Shown here: one piece after another, positions 6,596-14,297 of the stretch
Layout of the letters: the number at the start of each line of letters is the position of its first letter
Position numbering within the stretch: the stretch's first letter is position 1
DNA from: Agathobacter sp.
GTDB taxonomy: Bacteria > Bacillota > Clostridia > Lachnospirales > Lachnospiraceae
Length of the DNA: 24,000 nucleotides
Assembly: GCA_045544235.1 (NCBI GenBank)
Contig: JAZPYQ010000001.1
Location: forward strand, 1 to 24,000
Direction of reading: 5' to 3'
Notes under the pieces: model-generated
What the model was told of the DNA's origin: nothing
Seen by the model: only the letters and a program-made list of their open reading frames with translations
The model's database searches: none
Program-made: the position numbers and the translations under genes

Positions 6596-9500
6596 ATGAC
6601 AAATTTTGATTATCTAAAGAAAGAGCCAAAATTTAATAGTTTTTCAGATGTAGCAATAGCCGCGGAGAAGATTCTTAAGATTGATATGGAATCTAGTGTG
6701 ATTAACTGCCGTCGTGCAATGGAGTTCGCAATAAAATGGATGTACTCTGTGGACAAGTCGTTAGAGATGCCATATCAGGATAATTTGATAAGTCTTATGA
6801 GTACAGAAGCGTTTCATGATCTTGTAGATGATGCTTTGTGGAAACGTCTTGATTTAATTCGTAAGATTGGTAACCGAGCTGCACATAACGGAAGAAAGAT
6901 AACAGAGGATGAAGCTATTTTATGCTTACAGAATTTGTTTATCTTTATGGATTATGTGTCATATTGCTATTCTGATTATTACGAAGAACGACAATATGAT
7001 GTGAGCTTATTGACTGAGACTCATAAGGAAACTACTGCAGTAAAATCTTCAGATGATGATGTGAATTTGCAAGCGTTAATTGCAGAGAATAAAGCCCTTA
7101 AAGAAGAACTTACAGCAAAACGTGCAGAACAGCAGCAGACATATGTTCCAAAGCCCCTTGATTTATCAGAGTATAAGACAAGAAAAATCTACATTGATGC
7201 TATGCTTTTAGATGCTGGCTGGACAGAAGGAAAAGATTGGATTAACGAGGTCGAACTTCCGGGTATGCCTAATAAATCAGAAGTGGGATTTGCAGATTAT
7301 GTTCTTTATGACGATAGTCATAGACCACTTGCTGTTGTAGAAGCAAAGAGAACTTGTGTAGATGTTGCCAAAGGAAGACAGCAGGCGAAACTATATGCTG
7401 ATTTGCTTGAAGCACAGTATAAGAGAAGACCGGTAGTATTTCTTACTAACGGTTTTGAAACAAGAATTATTGATAACCAGTATCCGGAGAGAAAGGTTGC
7501 TGTTATTTACTCTAAAAGAGATTTAGAGAAGCTTTTTAATCTTCAGACAATGAAGACAAGTCTTAACCATATCTCTGTAGATAAGGAAATTGCAGGTCGT
7601 TATTATCAGGAAGGTGCTATCAAGGCTGTATGTGATGCGTTTGATAATCGCAATCGTAGAAAGGCACTTCTTGTTATGGCTACCGGTTCCGGAAAAACAA
7701 GAACTGTTATAGCATTATGCAAAGTTCTTTTAGATGCAGGATGGGTTAAGAATATATTGTTCCTTGCGGATCGTAATTCGTTAGTTACACAGGCAAAAAG
7801 AAATTTTGTGAATCTTTTGCCTGATTTGTCATGTTCGAATCTTGTGGAAGAAAAAGATAATTATACTGCACATTGTATTTTTTCTACATATCAGACCATG
7901 ATGAACTGTATCGATTCTGTTAAGGATGACAATGGTAAGCTATTTACTTGTGGTCATTTTGACCTTGTTATCTGTGATGAAGCACATAGATCAATTTATA
8001 ACAAATATAGAGATATATTTAATTATTTTGACGCTCCGCTAGTGGGGCTTACGGCAACGCCTAAGGATGAGATTGATAAGAATACTTATGGAATATTTGA
8101 TTTAGAAAATGGTGTGCCTACTTATGGATATGAGTTAGCGCAAGCTGTAAAGGATGGTTATCTTGTAGACTTTACTACGGTTGAAACAAAACTGAAATTC
8201 ATAGAAGAAGGTATTGCTTACGACGAGTTGTCAGAAGAAGATAAGGCAGCTTATGAAGAAACTTTTGAATTTGAAGATGGAGAATTGCCAGAGAGAATAA
8301 ATTCGTCCGCTTTAAATACATGGATTTTTAATGAGGATACAATTAAACAAGTTCTTCATGTCTTTATGCGGGATGGTCTTAAGGTGGACTATGGGCAGAA
8401 AATAGGTAAGACGATTATCTTTGCCAAGAATCATGACCATGCAGAGAAGATTTTGGAGATATTTAATAAGCAGTATCCAGAATTGAGTAAAAATGGACAG
8501 CCGTTTGCAAAGGTTATAGATAACTATATGACATATGCACAGAGTGCAATTGATGAATTTTCTGATCCAAAGAAAATGCCTCAGATTGCGATTTCGGTTG
8601 ACATGCTTGATACGGGTATTGATGTACCGGAAGTGTTGAATCTTGTGTTTTTTAAGAAGGTTATGAGCAAAGCTAAGTTCTGGCAGATGATTGGTCGTGG
8701 TACCAGACTTTGTCCAGGTCTTATGGATGGAGAAGATAAAGGAAAATTCTATATTTTTGATTTCTGTGGTAACTTCGAATTTTTCCGTATGAATCAAGGA
8801 AGACCTACGGCTAATATGATTGCTCTTCAGGGAGCTATTTTCTCTCTCAAATTCGAAATAGCATATAAGCTTCAGAGTATTGAGTATCAGATTGACAGAC
8901 TTATTGCATACAGAAAGAAGCTTGTTGAAATGATGTCCGGCAAGGTGCAGGAGTTGAATCGTGAAAACTTTGCAGTAAGGCAACATCTTAAGTATGTAGA
9001 CACTTATTCTGTCGAGGCGAATTATCAATCGATTACCTTTGAAGATACTTTGATGGTTCGAGAAGAATTAGCACCGCTTATTATGCCTGATGGGGATGAA
9101 GCAAGCGCGGTTCGTTTTGATGCTTTGATGTATGGAATGGAATTGATATTTTTAGCGGGAAAAGGATATGGTAGACACAGAAGTGACCTTTTTAAAAAGG
9201 TGGAAGGAATTTCCAGTGTTGCCAATATTCCTGAAATACAGATGCAGTCAGAACTTATTAATAAGATTTTGCATACAGACTATGTAGATAATGCCGGAAT
9301 TGATGAGTTCGAGCATATCAGAGTAAGTCTGCGTAATCTGATGAAGTACCTTCCAAAAGGTATCATCAAGTACGATACAGATTTCACAGATGAGATTTTG
9401 TCTACAGAGTGGAATGATTCTGAACTTGAAAATGATGAATTAAAGAACTATAAGGCAAAGGCTGAGTTCTATATTCGTCAGCATCAAAATAATATTGCAA

Positions 9501-9901
9501 TTGCTAAACTTAAGACCAATCAGCCATTGACGGAGACAGATGTTAAAACTCTGGAACAGATTCTTTGGAAGGAAGTTGGGTCTAAAGATGATTATGAAAA
9601 GGAATACGGTCATAAACCATTGGGAGAGTTCGTTCGAGAGATTGTGGGACTGGATATGAATGCTGCAAAAGAAGCTTTCTCAGAGTTCCTTAATGATACA
9701 AATCTTGATAGTAGACAGATTTACTTTGTGAATCAGATTGTTGAGTATATTGTACACAATGGTATGATGAAGGATTTATCAGTGTTACAAGAATCACCAT
9801 TTATTGATAAGGGTAGTGTGGTAGAGATATTCACTGACTTGACAGTATGGATGGGAATCAGGAAGGTTATTGATAGGATTAATGCAAATGCGGCAGCGTA
9901 G
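6596..9901 (+). CDS. hsdR: Type I restriction endonuclease subunit R (DUF4145-like N-terminus, PD-(D/E)xK nuclease, SF2 DEAH motor, EcoEI_R_C-like tail)
   Basis: The nuclease motif is FADYVLY...VVEAKR. The helicase motifs are MATGSGKTRT (I), VICDEAHRS (II), LTATP (III) and QMIGRGTR (VI). I prefer the ATG at 6596 (MTNFDYL..., GAGGG ribosome-binding site 6 nt upstream) over the track start at 6578. Confidence 0.93.
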   Translation: MTNFDYLKKEPKFNSFSDVAIAAEKILKIDMESSVINCRRAMEFAIKWMYSVDKSLEMPYQDNLISLMSTEAFHDLVDDALWKRLDLIRKIGNRAAHNGRKITEDEAILCLQNLFIFMDYVSYCYSDYYEERQYDVSLLTETHKETTAVKSSDDDVNLQALIAENKALKEELTAKRAEQQQTYVPKPLDLSEYKTRKIYIDAMLLDAGWTEGKDWINEVELPGMPNKSEVGFADYVLYDDSHRPLAVVEAKRTCVDVAKGRQQAKLYADLLEAQYKRRPVVFLTNGFETRIIDNQYPERKVAVIYSKRDLEKLFNLQTMKTSLNHISVDKEIAGRYYQEGAIKAVCDAFDNRNRRKALLVMATGSGKTRTVIALCKVLLDAGWVKNILFLADRNSLVTQAKRNFVNLLPDLSCSNLVEEKDNYTAHCIFSTYQTMMNCIDSVKDDNGKLFTCGHFDLVICDEAHRSIYNKYRDIFNYFDAPLVGLTATPKDEIDKNTYGIFDLENGVPTYGYELAQAVKDGYLVDFTTVETKLKFIEEGIAYDELSEEDKAAYEETFEFEDGELPERINSSALNTWIFNEDTIKQVLHVFMRDGLKVDYGQKIGKTIIFAKNHDHAEKILEIFNKQYPELSKNGQPFAKVIDNYMTYAQSAIDEFSDPKKMPQIAISVDMLDTGIDVPEVLNLVFFKKVMSKAKFWQMIGRGTRLCPGLMDGEDKGKFYIFDFCGNFEFFRMNQGRPTANMIALQGAIFSLKFEIAYKLQSIEYQIDRLIAYRKKLVEMMSGKVQELNRENFAVRQHLKYVDTYSVEANYQSITFEDTLMVREELAPLIMPDGDEASAVRFDALMYGMELIFLAGKGYGRHRSDLFKKVEGISSVANIPEIQMQSELINKILHTDYVDNAGIDEFEHIRVSLRNLMKYLPKGIIKYDTDFTDEILSTEWNDSELENDELKNYKAKAEFYIRQHQNNIAIAKLKTNQPLTETDVKTLEQILWKEVGSKDDYEKEYGHKPLGEFVREIVGLDMNAAKEAFSEFLNDTNLDSRQIYFVNQIVEYIVHNGMMKDLSVLQESPFIDKGSVVEIFTDLTVWMGIRKVIDRINANAAA

Positions 9902-9928
9902 GACATATAGTTAGAACGAAAGATTTTA

Positions 9929-9957
9929 TTGAAGAAGATCTGGTTTTGTGATATAGT
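9929..9957 (+). promoter_or_regulatory. extended -10 sigma-A promoter at the right end of the island, facing ychF
   Basis: TTGAAG (9929..9934), a 17-nt spacer, then TG-A-TATAGT (TG 9949..9950, -10 9952..9957). It begins 28 nt after the hsdR stop. Confidence 0.55.
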
Positions 9958-10034
9958 TACTGTGCTATTTTTGGGGATTCTTCTAGGTAGGAATAATCAA
10001 TGTTGTCTAATTGATACAGCAAATGGCACAGTAG
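9957..10034. repeat. imperfect inverted repeat built from the 12-mer motif, with nested small hairpins
   Basis: TACTGTGCTATTT (9958..9970) pairs with AAATGGCACAGTA (10021..10033) with 1 mismatch. Inner hairpins are GATTCTTC/GAATAATC and TCAAT/ATTGA. Confidence 0.6.
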
Positions 10035-10053
10035 CAAAAGAAGCAAACACCAC

Positions 10054-10076
10054 AAACCCTTAAAGATCAAGGGTTT
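10054..10076 (+). other. hairpin abutting the ychF ribosome-binding site (weak terminator or leader structure)
   Basis: AAACCCTT (10054..10061) pairs with AAGGGTTT (10069..10076) around a 7-nt loop. It is followed by TGAAAGGAGA, which contains the ychF Shine-Dalgarno sequence. The U-tract is short, so terminator function is doubtful. Confidence 0.35.
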
Positions 10077-10078
10077 TG

Positions 10079-10112
10079 AAAGGAGAATATAGAAAAATGA
10101 AATTAGGTATCG
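10079..10112 (+). repeat. right copy of the direct repeat (true 5' end of ychF; candidate attR)
   Basis: 10089..10112 is identical to 1094..1117. It contains the functional ribosome-binding site and ATG of ychF. Confidence 0.8.
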
Positions 10113-11197
10113 TAGGCCTACCAAACGTAGGAAAAAGTACATTATTCAACGCATTAACAAAAGCAGGAGCAGAATCAGCAAACTATCCATTCTGTACCAT
10201 CGATCCAAACGTAGGAATCGTTCCAGTACCAGACCATAGATTAACACTTCTTGGCGATTTATATAAGACAAAGAAAGTAACTCCAGCGATTATCGAATTC
10301 GTAGACATCGCAGGTCTTGTAAAAGGTGCTAGTAAGGGTGAAGGTCTTGGAAACCAGTTCCTTGCAAATATCCGTGAAGTAGACGCAATCGTACATGTAG
10401 TAAGATGTTTTGAGAACTCGAACATTGTTCATGTTGACGGAAGCATCAATCCAGTACGTGATATTGAGACAATCAATCTTGAACTTATCTTCTCAGACTT
10501 AGAAATCTTAGAGCGTCGTATTGCTAAGGTTGCAAAACAGGCTCGCATGGATAAAACTCTTGCAAAAGAAATGGAACTTCTTGAAGCAATCAAGGCTCAT
10601 TTAGAAGACAGCAAGATGGCTCGTACATTTGAAGTGCCAGACGATGAAGATATGCAGGCTTGGTTTGCTGGATACAATCTTCTTACAGCAAAATCTACTA
10701 TCTACGCAGCGAACGTAGAAGAAGATGATCTTGCAGATGATGGTGCAAGCAATGCAAATGTAGAAGCTGTTCGTAAACTTGCAGCAGAAGAAAATAGTGA
10801 AGTTTTTGTTATCTGTGCACAGATTGAACAGGAAATTGCTGAATTAGATGATGATGAAAAGGCAATGTTCTTAGAAGACCTTGGATTAAAAGAATCTGGT
10901 CTTGAAAAACTCATCAAAGCAAGCTATAGCTTACTCGGTCTTATCAGTTACTTAACAGCTGGTGAAGATGAATGTAGAGCTTGGACTATTAAGAAAGGTA
11001 CAAAGGCTCCACAGGCAGCAGGTAAAATCCATAGCGACTTTGAACGTGGATTTATCCGTGCAGAAGTAGTAAACTACAAAGACCTTCTTGAATTAGGTAG
11101 CCTTTCCGCTGCAAAAGCAAAAGGTGTAGTTGGTACAGAAGGTAAAGAATACGTTGTTAAAGATGGCGACGTTATGTTGTTTTTATTCAATGTATAA
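10097..11197 (+). CDS. ychF: ribosome-binding ATPase YchF (Obg-family GTPase-like)
   Basis: MKLGIVGLPNVGKSTLFNALT contains the P-loop. A DIAGLV motif is present, and the C-terminal TGS-like end is KEYVVKDGDVMLFLFNV. I chose the ATG at 10097 (AGGAG ribosome-binding site) over the track's upstream TTG at 10076. Confidence 0.95.
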   Translation: MKLGIVGLPNVGKSTLFNALTKAGAESANYPFCTIDPNVGIVPVPDHRLTLLGDLYKTKKVTPAIIEFVDIAGLVKGASKGEGLGNQFLANIREVDAIVHVVRCFENSNIVHVDGSINPVRDIETINLELIFSDLEILERRIAKVAKQARMDKTLAKEMELLEAIKAHLEDSKMARTFEVPDDEDMQAWFAGYNLLTAKSTIYAANVEEDDLADDGASNANVEAVRKLAAEENSEVFVICAQIEQEIAELDDDEKAMFLEDLGLKESGLEKLIKASYSLLGLISYLTAGEDECRAWTIKKGTKAPQAAGKIHSDFERGFIRAEVVNYKDLLELGSLSAAKAKGVVGTEGKEYVVKDGDVMLFLFNV

Positions 11198-11210
11198 GCC
11201 TGCAAAAATA

Positions 11211-11263
11211 GCCGTAAGAATGGGCGTGAATTTATTCACATGCACATTCTTGCGGCTTTTTTT
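11211..11263 (+). terminator. rho-independent terminator after ychF
   Basis: GCCGTAAGAATG (11211..11222) pairs with CATTCTTGCGGC (11245..11256), with one G.U pair. A T7 run follows at 11257..11263. Confidence 0.8.
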
Positions 11264-11395
11264 ATTGGCGGATACGCCACTCAAATGAGTGAACTCCGTT
11301 GGAACAACGGAAATTTTACGAAGTAAAATGTGGTTCACGAATTTGTGTCGCAGGCTTATATGAGTGCATATCATAACAAAAAAAGGTCTATATCT

Positions 11396-11647
11396 ATGCG
11401 TTTTTTAGATTTATGCGATAGGGAAGTCATTAATATCAATGACTGTAGGTATTTGGGACATGTTAGAGATGTGGAATTTGACCAGTGCACGGGCTGTATA
11501 TGTGCGATTATTGTTCCAGGACCTGGGAAGTATATGGGATGTTTTGGTAGAGAGAGTGAGTTTGTAATTCCGTGGTGCAATATTATCCGAATAGGACCAG
11601 ATATTGTACTTGTGAACTTAAAAGATGAAATGTGCCACAAAATTTAG
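11396..11647 (+). CDS. YlmC/YmxH-family PRC-barrel sporulation protein
   Basis: MRFLDLCDREVININDCRYLGHVRDVEFDQCTGCICAIIVPG...VIPWCNIIRIGPDIVLV matches the YlmC/YmxH pattern. I chose the internal ATG at 11396 over the track start at 11330, based on family length. Confidence 0.8.
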   Translation: MRFLDLCDREVININDCRYLGHVRDVEFDQCTGCICAIIVPGPGKYMGCFGRESEFVIPWCNIIRIGPDIVLVNLKDEMCHKI

Positions 11648-11657
11648 TATGTCTTAG

Positions 11658-11686
11658 TTGACAAGACTTGTCCGTATAGTTATACT
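11658..11686 (+). promoter_or_regulatory. sigma-A promoter upstream of nrdR
   Basis: TTGACA (11658..11663), a 17-nt spacer, then TATACT (11681..11686). Confidence 0.6.
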
Positions 11687-11731
11687 TTAAGTATATTATT
11701 ATGCGTGAATAGGCAGAAGCGGAGGTAACTT

Positions 11732-12181
11732 ATGAAGTGTCCATTTTGTAGCAGTGAAAATACGAGAGTAATTGACTCACGTCCAGCGGATGATAACAAC
11801 TCTATCAGACGCCGTAGATTATGTGATGATTGTGGTAAACGTTTTACTACTTATGAAAAAGTAGAGACTATTCCACTTATCGTAATTAAGAAAGATAATA
11901 TTCGTGAACAGTATGATCGTTCAAAGATTGAAGCTGGTGTACTTCGTGCATGTCATAAGCGTCCAATTTCTGCAGATCAGATTACAAAATTAGTAGATGA
12001 TGTAGAAGTAGAAGTATTCAACAGAGAAGAAAAAGAAATTCCAAGTACTGTTATCGGTGAAATCCTTATGGATAAATTAAAAGACTTGGATTCTGTTGCA
12101 TATGTTCGTTTTGCGTCTGTATATCGTGAGTTCAAAGACGTAAATACATTTATGAACGAATTGAAGAAAATGTTAGGTTAA
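11732..12181 (+). CDS. nrdR: transcriptional repressor NrdR
   Basis: The N-terminal zinc ribbon is MKCPFCSSENTRVIDSRP...RRRRLCDDCGKRFTTYE, followed by an ATP-cone. There is a GGAGG ribosome-binding site. Confidence 0.95.
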   Translation: MKCPFCSSENTRVIDSRPADDNNSIRRRRLCDDCGKRFTTYEKVETIPLIVIKKDNIREQYDRSKIEAGVLRACHKRPISADQITKLVDDVEVEVFNREEKEIPSTVIGEILMDKLKDLDSVAYVRFASVYREFKDVNTFMNELKKMLG

Positions 12182-12196
12182 TTACAAGGAGCGAAA

Positions 12197-12442
12197 ATGT
12201 TCGTATCGGGAGTTCGTCCAAGCGAAGAAATTTATAAATATAATTCCATAAGATTAAAAGTGCTTCGCAAACAGATGATTGAAGCGGATGAGGTTAATGT
12301 AAAAGTTGATATTAAAAAAGTCATGTCAGATATGGCGAAAGACTTTACATTGCAGCAGTATCAGTATTTTGTGGGAAGTCCATCTCAGACGGATGATGAT
12401 TCGAAGGTTGCACTTTGTACAGGCGAAAGATTTGCTTTATAA
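12197..12442 (+). CDS. hypothetical 81-aa protein co-transcribed with nrdR
   Basis: An AAGGAG ribosome-binding site lies 6 nt upstream. The start is 15 nt after the nrdR stop, and a terminator-like hairpin follows. I recognise no family. Confidence 0.5.
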   Translation: MFVSGVRPSEEIYKYNSIRLKVLRKQMIEADEVNVKVDIKKVMSDMAKDFTLQQYQYFVGSPSQTDDDSKVALCTGERFAL

Positions 12443-12451
12443 GAATGAATA

Positions 12452-12487
12452 GGGAAAGGTCTTGACATGAGGTCTTTTCCTTTTTTC
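12452..12487 (+). terminator. probable intrinsic terminator
   Basis: GGGAAAGG (12452..12459) pairs with TCTTTTCC (12473..12480), including two G.U pairs. A T7 run follows. Confidence 0.45.
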
Positions 12488-12528
12488 ATGAATAGGAACT
12501 GGACATGTTTTTTGAGAAAGGATAGAGT

Positions 12529-13065
12529 ATGGCTATTTTTTTCCCAGGTGAATATTTAGATTCGACCTATGATATTGACTTTGACAAACTTTATAATAAT
12601 GGTTACCGTGCGGTTATTTTTGACGTGGATAACACATTAGTTCCACATGGCGAGCCAGCAGATGAGAGAGCAAAAGAATTATTTGCCCATTTGAAAGAGT
12701 TGGGGTATTCTTGTATGCTTTTGTCAAACAACAAGGAACCTCGTGTAAAAATGTTTAATGATGTGGTTCAGGTGAACTACATTTTCAAGGCAAATAAGCC
12801 CCTCCCAGCTAATTATAAGAAGGCTATGGAAATTATGGGAACTACAAAAGAAAATACATTATTTGTAGGAGACCAGATTTTCACAGACGTAATGGGTGGC
12901 AATCTTGCGGGAATCCGTACGATTTTGGTAAAACCTATTCATCCAAAGGAAGAAATTCAAATTGTGTTAAAACGAATTCCAGAGAAATTGATTTTATTTT
13001 TCTATAAGATTACAAGAAAAATCTTTGGTGAAAAATACGAATCATCTGCGAAAACGAAGGCATAA
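12529..13065 (+). CDS. YqeG-family HAD-IIIA phosphatase
   Basis: The HAD motifs are VIFDVDNTLV (motif I DxD), LLSNN (motif II) and FVGDQIFTDV (motif IV). Size and layout match YqeG. Confidence 0.85.
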   Translation: MAIFFPGEYLDSTYDIDFDKLYNNGYRAVIFDVDNTLVPHGEPADERAKELFAHLKELGYSCMLLSNNKEPRVKMFNDVVQVNYIFKANKPLPANYKKAMEIMGTTKENTLFVGDQIFTDVMGGNLAGIRTILVKPIHPKEEIQIVLKRIPEKLILFFYKITRKIFGEKYESSAKTKA

Positions 13066-13102
13066 TGAAAATAGAACAACAAAGAAATGAGGAGAAAATA
13101 TT

Positions 13103-13540
13103 ATGAGAATTGCAATTGGTAACGATCATGCAGCTACAGCACTTAAGTTTGAAATTATGGAATATGTAAAAGAACTTGGACATGAAGTAGTAAACTTTGG
13201 TACAGACACAAACGAAAGCTGTAATTATCCAGAAATCGGCGCTCGTGTGGGACATGCCGTAGTAGAAGAAGATTTTGACTGTGGTATTCTTATTTGTGGT
13301 ACTGGCGTAGGAATTTCTATTGCAGCAAATAAAGTAAAAGGTGTACGTGCAGCGGTATGCTCTGATGTAGCTACAGCTCACCTTGTAAAAGAACACAATA
13401 ATGCAAATATCATTGCATTTGGTGCTCGTATTGTTGGTAGTGAACTTGCAAAAGATATCGTAAAAGCATATTTAGATGCTGAGTTCATGGGTGGAAGACA
13501 CCAGATTCGCGTAGATATGATTTCAGATTTGGAAGTATAA
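13103..13540 (+). CDS. rpiB: ribose-5-phosphate isomerase B
   Basis: MRIAIGNDHAA...GILICGTGVGISIAANKVKGVRAA...HNNANIIAFGARIVG is the canonical RpiB/LacAB signature. There is a GAGGAG ribosome-binding site. Confidence 0.93.
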   Translation: MRIAIGNDHAATALKFEIMEYVKELGHEVVNFGTDTNESCNYPEIGARVGHAVVEEDFDCGILICGTGVGISIAANKVKGVRAAVCSDVATAHLVKEHNNANIIAFGARIVGSELAKDIVKAYLDAEFMGGRHQIRVDMISDLEV

Positions 13541-13593
13541 GGCGCTAAAAGGTTGATTTTAAGGCTTTTTCTTGAAATAAAGGGAAAAAAGCA

Positions 13594-13622
13594 TTGAAAT
13601 ATATAAGGTTTTATAGTAGAAT
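13594..13622 (+). promoter_or_regulatory. sigma-A promoter upstream of efp
   Basis: TTGAAA (13594..13599), a 17-nt spacer, then TAGAAT (13617..13622). Confidence 0.5.
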
Positions 13623-13668
13623 ATTCGGAGACTTGTGATTAACACAAAAATTAAGGAGGAAGAATCGA

Positions 13669-14226
13669 ATGGTAACAGCAGGCGATTTTAAAAATGGTAT
13701 TACATTAGAATACGATGGAAACATCTGTCAGATTATTGAATTTCAGCATGTTAAACCTGGTAAAGGTGCAGCATTCGTTAGAACAAAATTACGTAACATC
13801 ATCAGTGGCGGTATCGTAGAAACATCTTTCCGTCCAACAGAAAAATTCCCATTAGCTCGTATCGAAAGAAAAGATATGCAGTACTTATATGGCGATGATG
13901 ATTTCTACAACTTCATGGATGTAGAAACATATGACCAGATTAGCTTAACAAGAGAAGCTGTAGGTGATGCTCTTAAATTCGTAAAAGAAAACGAAATGTG
14001 TAAAATCTGTTCACACAATGGTAACGTTTTCGCAGTAGAACCACCATTGTTCGTAGAACTTGAAATTACAGATACAGAACCTGGTTTCAAAGGTGATACA
14101 GCTACAGGTGCTACAAAACCAGCTACTGTTGAAACAGGTGCAAAAGTTATGGTTCCATTATTCGTAGAAATCGGAAACGTAATCAAAATCGATACTAGAA
14201 CAGGTGAGTATTTATCACGTGTATAG
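13669..14226 (+). CDS. efp: translation elongation factor P
   Basis: 185 aa. [37 protein letters not shown] carries the conserved KPGKG loop. There is an AAGGAGG ribosome-binding site. Confidence 0.96.
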   Translation: MVTAGDFKNGITLEYDGNICQIIEFQHVKPGKGAAFVRTKLRNIISGGIVETSFRPTEKFPLARIERKDMQYLYGDDDFYNFMDVETYDQISLTREAVGDALKFVKENEMCKICSHNGNVFAVEPPLFVELEITDTEPGFKGDTATGATKPATVETGAKVMVPLFVEIGNVIKIDTRTGEYLSRV

Positions 14227-14246
14227 TCAAGCGCATGGATAAAATA

Positions 14247-14286
14247 AGCGTCGTACAAGTTTACTTGTAACGACGCTTTATTTTTG
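14247..14286 (+). terminator. rho-independent terminator after efp
   Basis: AGCGTCGTACAAGT pairs with ACTTGTAACGACGCT (one bulge), followed by TTTATTTTT. Confidence 0.8.
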
Positions 14287-14297
14287 TCCATGAGATT

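Larger units (their letters stand above)
1118..10088. mobile_element. candidate recombinase-less genomic (defence) island inserted at the 5' end of ychF
   Basis: The segment is bounded by the 24-bp perfect direct repeat. It is visibly more AT-rich than the flanks, its cargo is entirely R-M/defence-type genes, and its right end carries its own promoter facing ychF. No integrase, transposase or excisionase ORF is present. Confidence 0.45.

Noticed and set aside
8312-9028. 238-aa antisense ORF inside hsdR
   Set aside because: It lies entirely within the well-supported HsdR helicase domain on the opposite strand. Its translation is low-complexity (rich in I, L, K, N, F) with no recognisable motif. 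It is a shadow ORF.
10076-10096. Upstream TTG start of ychF (MKGEYRK-MKLG)
   Set aside because: YchF proteins begin MKxGIVGLPNVGKST. The ATG at 10097 has an AGGAG ribosome-binding site, and the extension would have to begin within the upstream hairpin.
9957-10142. 61-aa hydrophobic antisense ORF across the ychF start (possible type I toxin)
   Set aside because: It starts inside the ychF coding sequence on the opposite strand and has no ribosome-binding site or promoter. The hydrophobic run is simply the complement of the AG-rich leader.
13010-14291. Antisense ORFs 13010..13396 and 13905..14291 opposite rpiB and efp
   Set aside because: They lie opposite strongly supported conserved genes, have no ribosome-binding site, and give non-protein-like translations.
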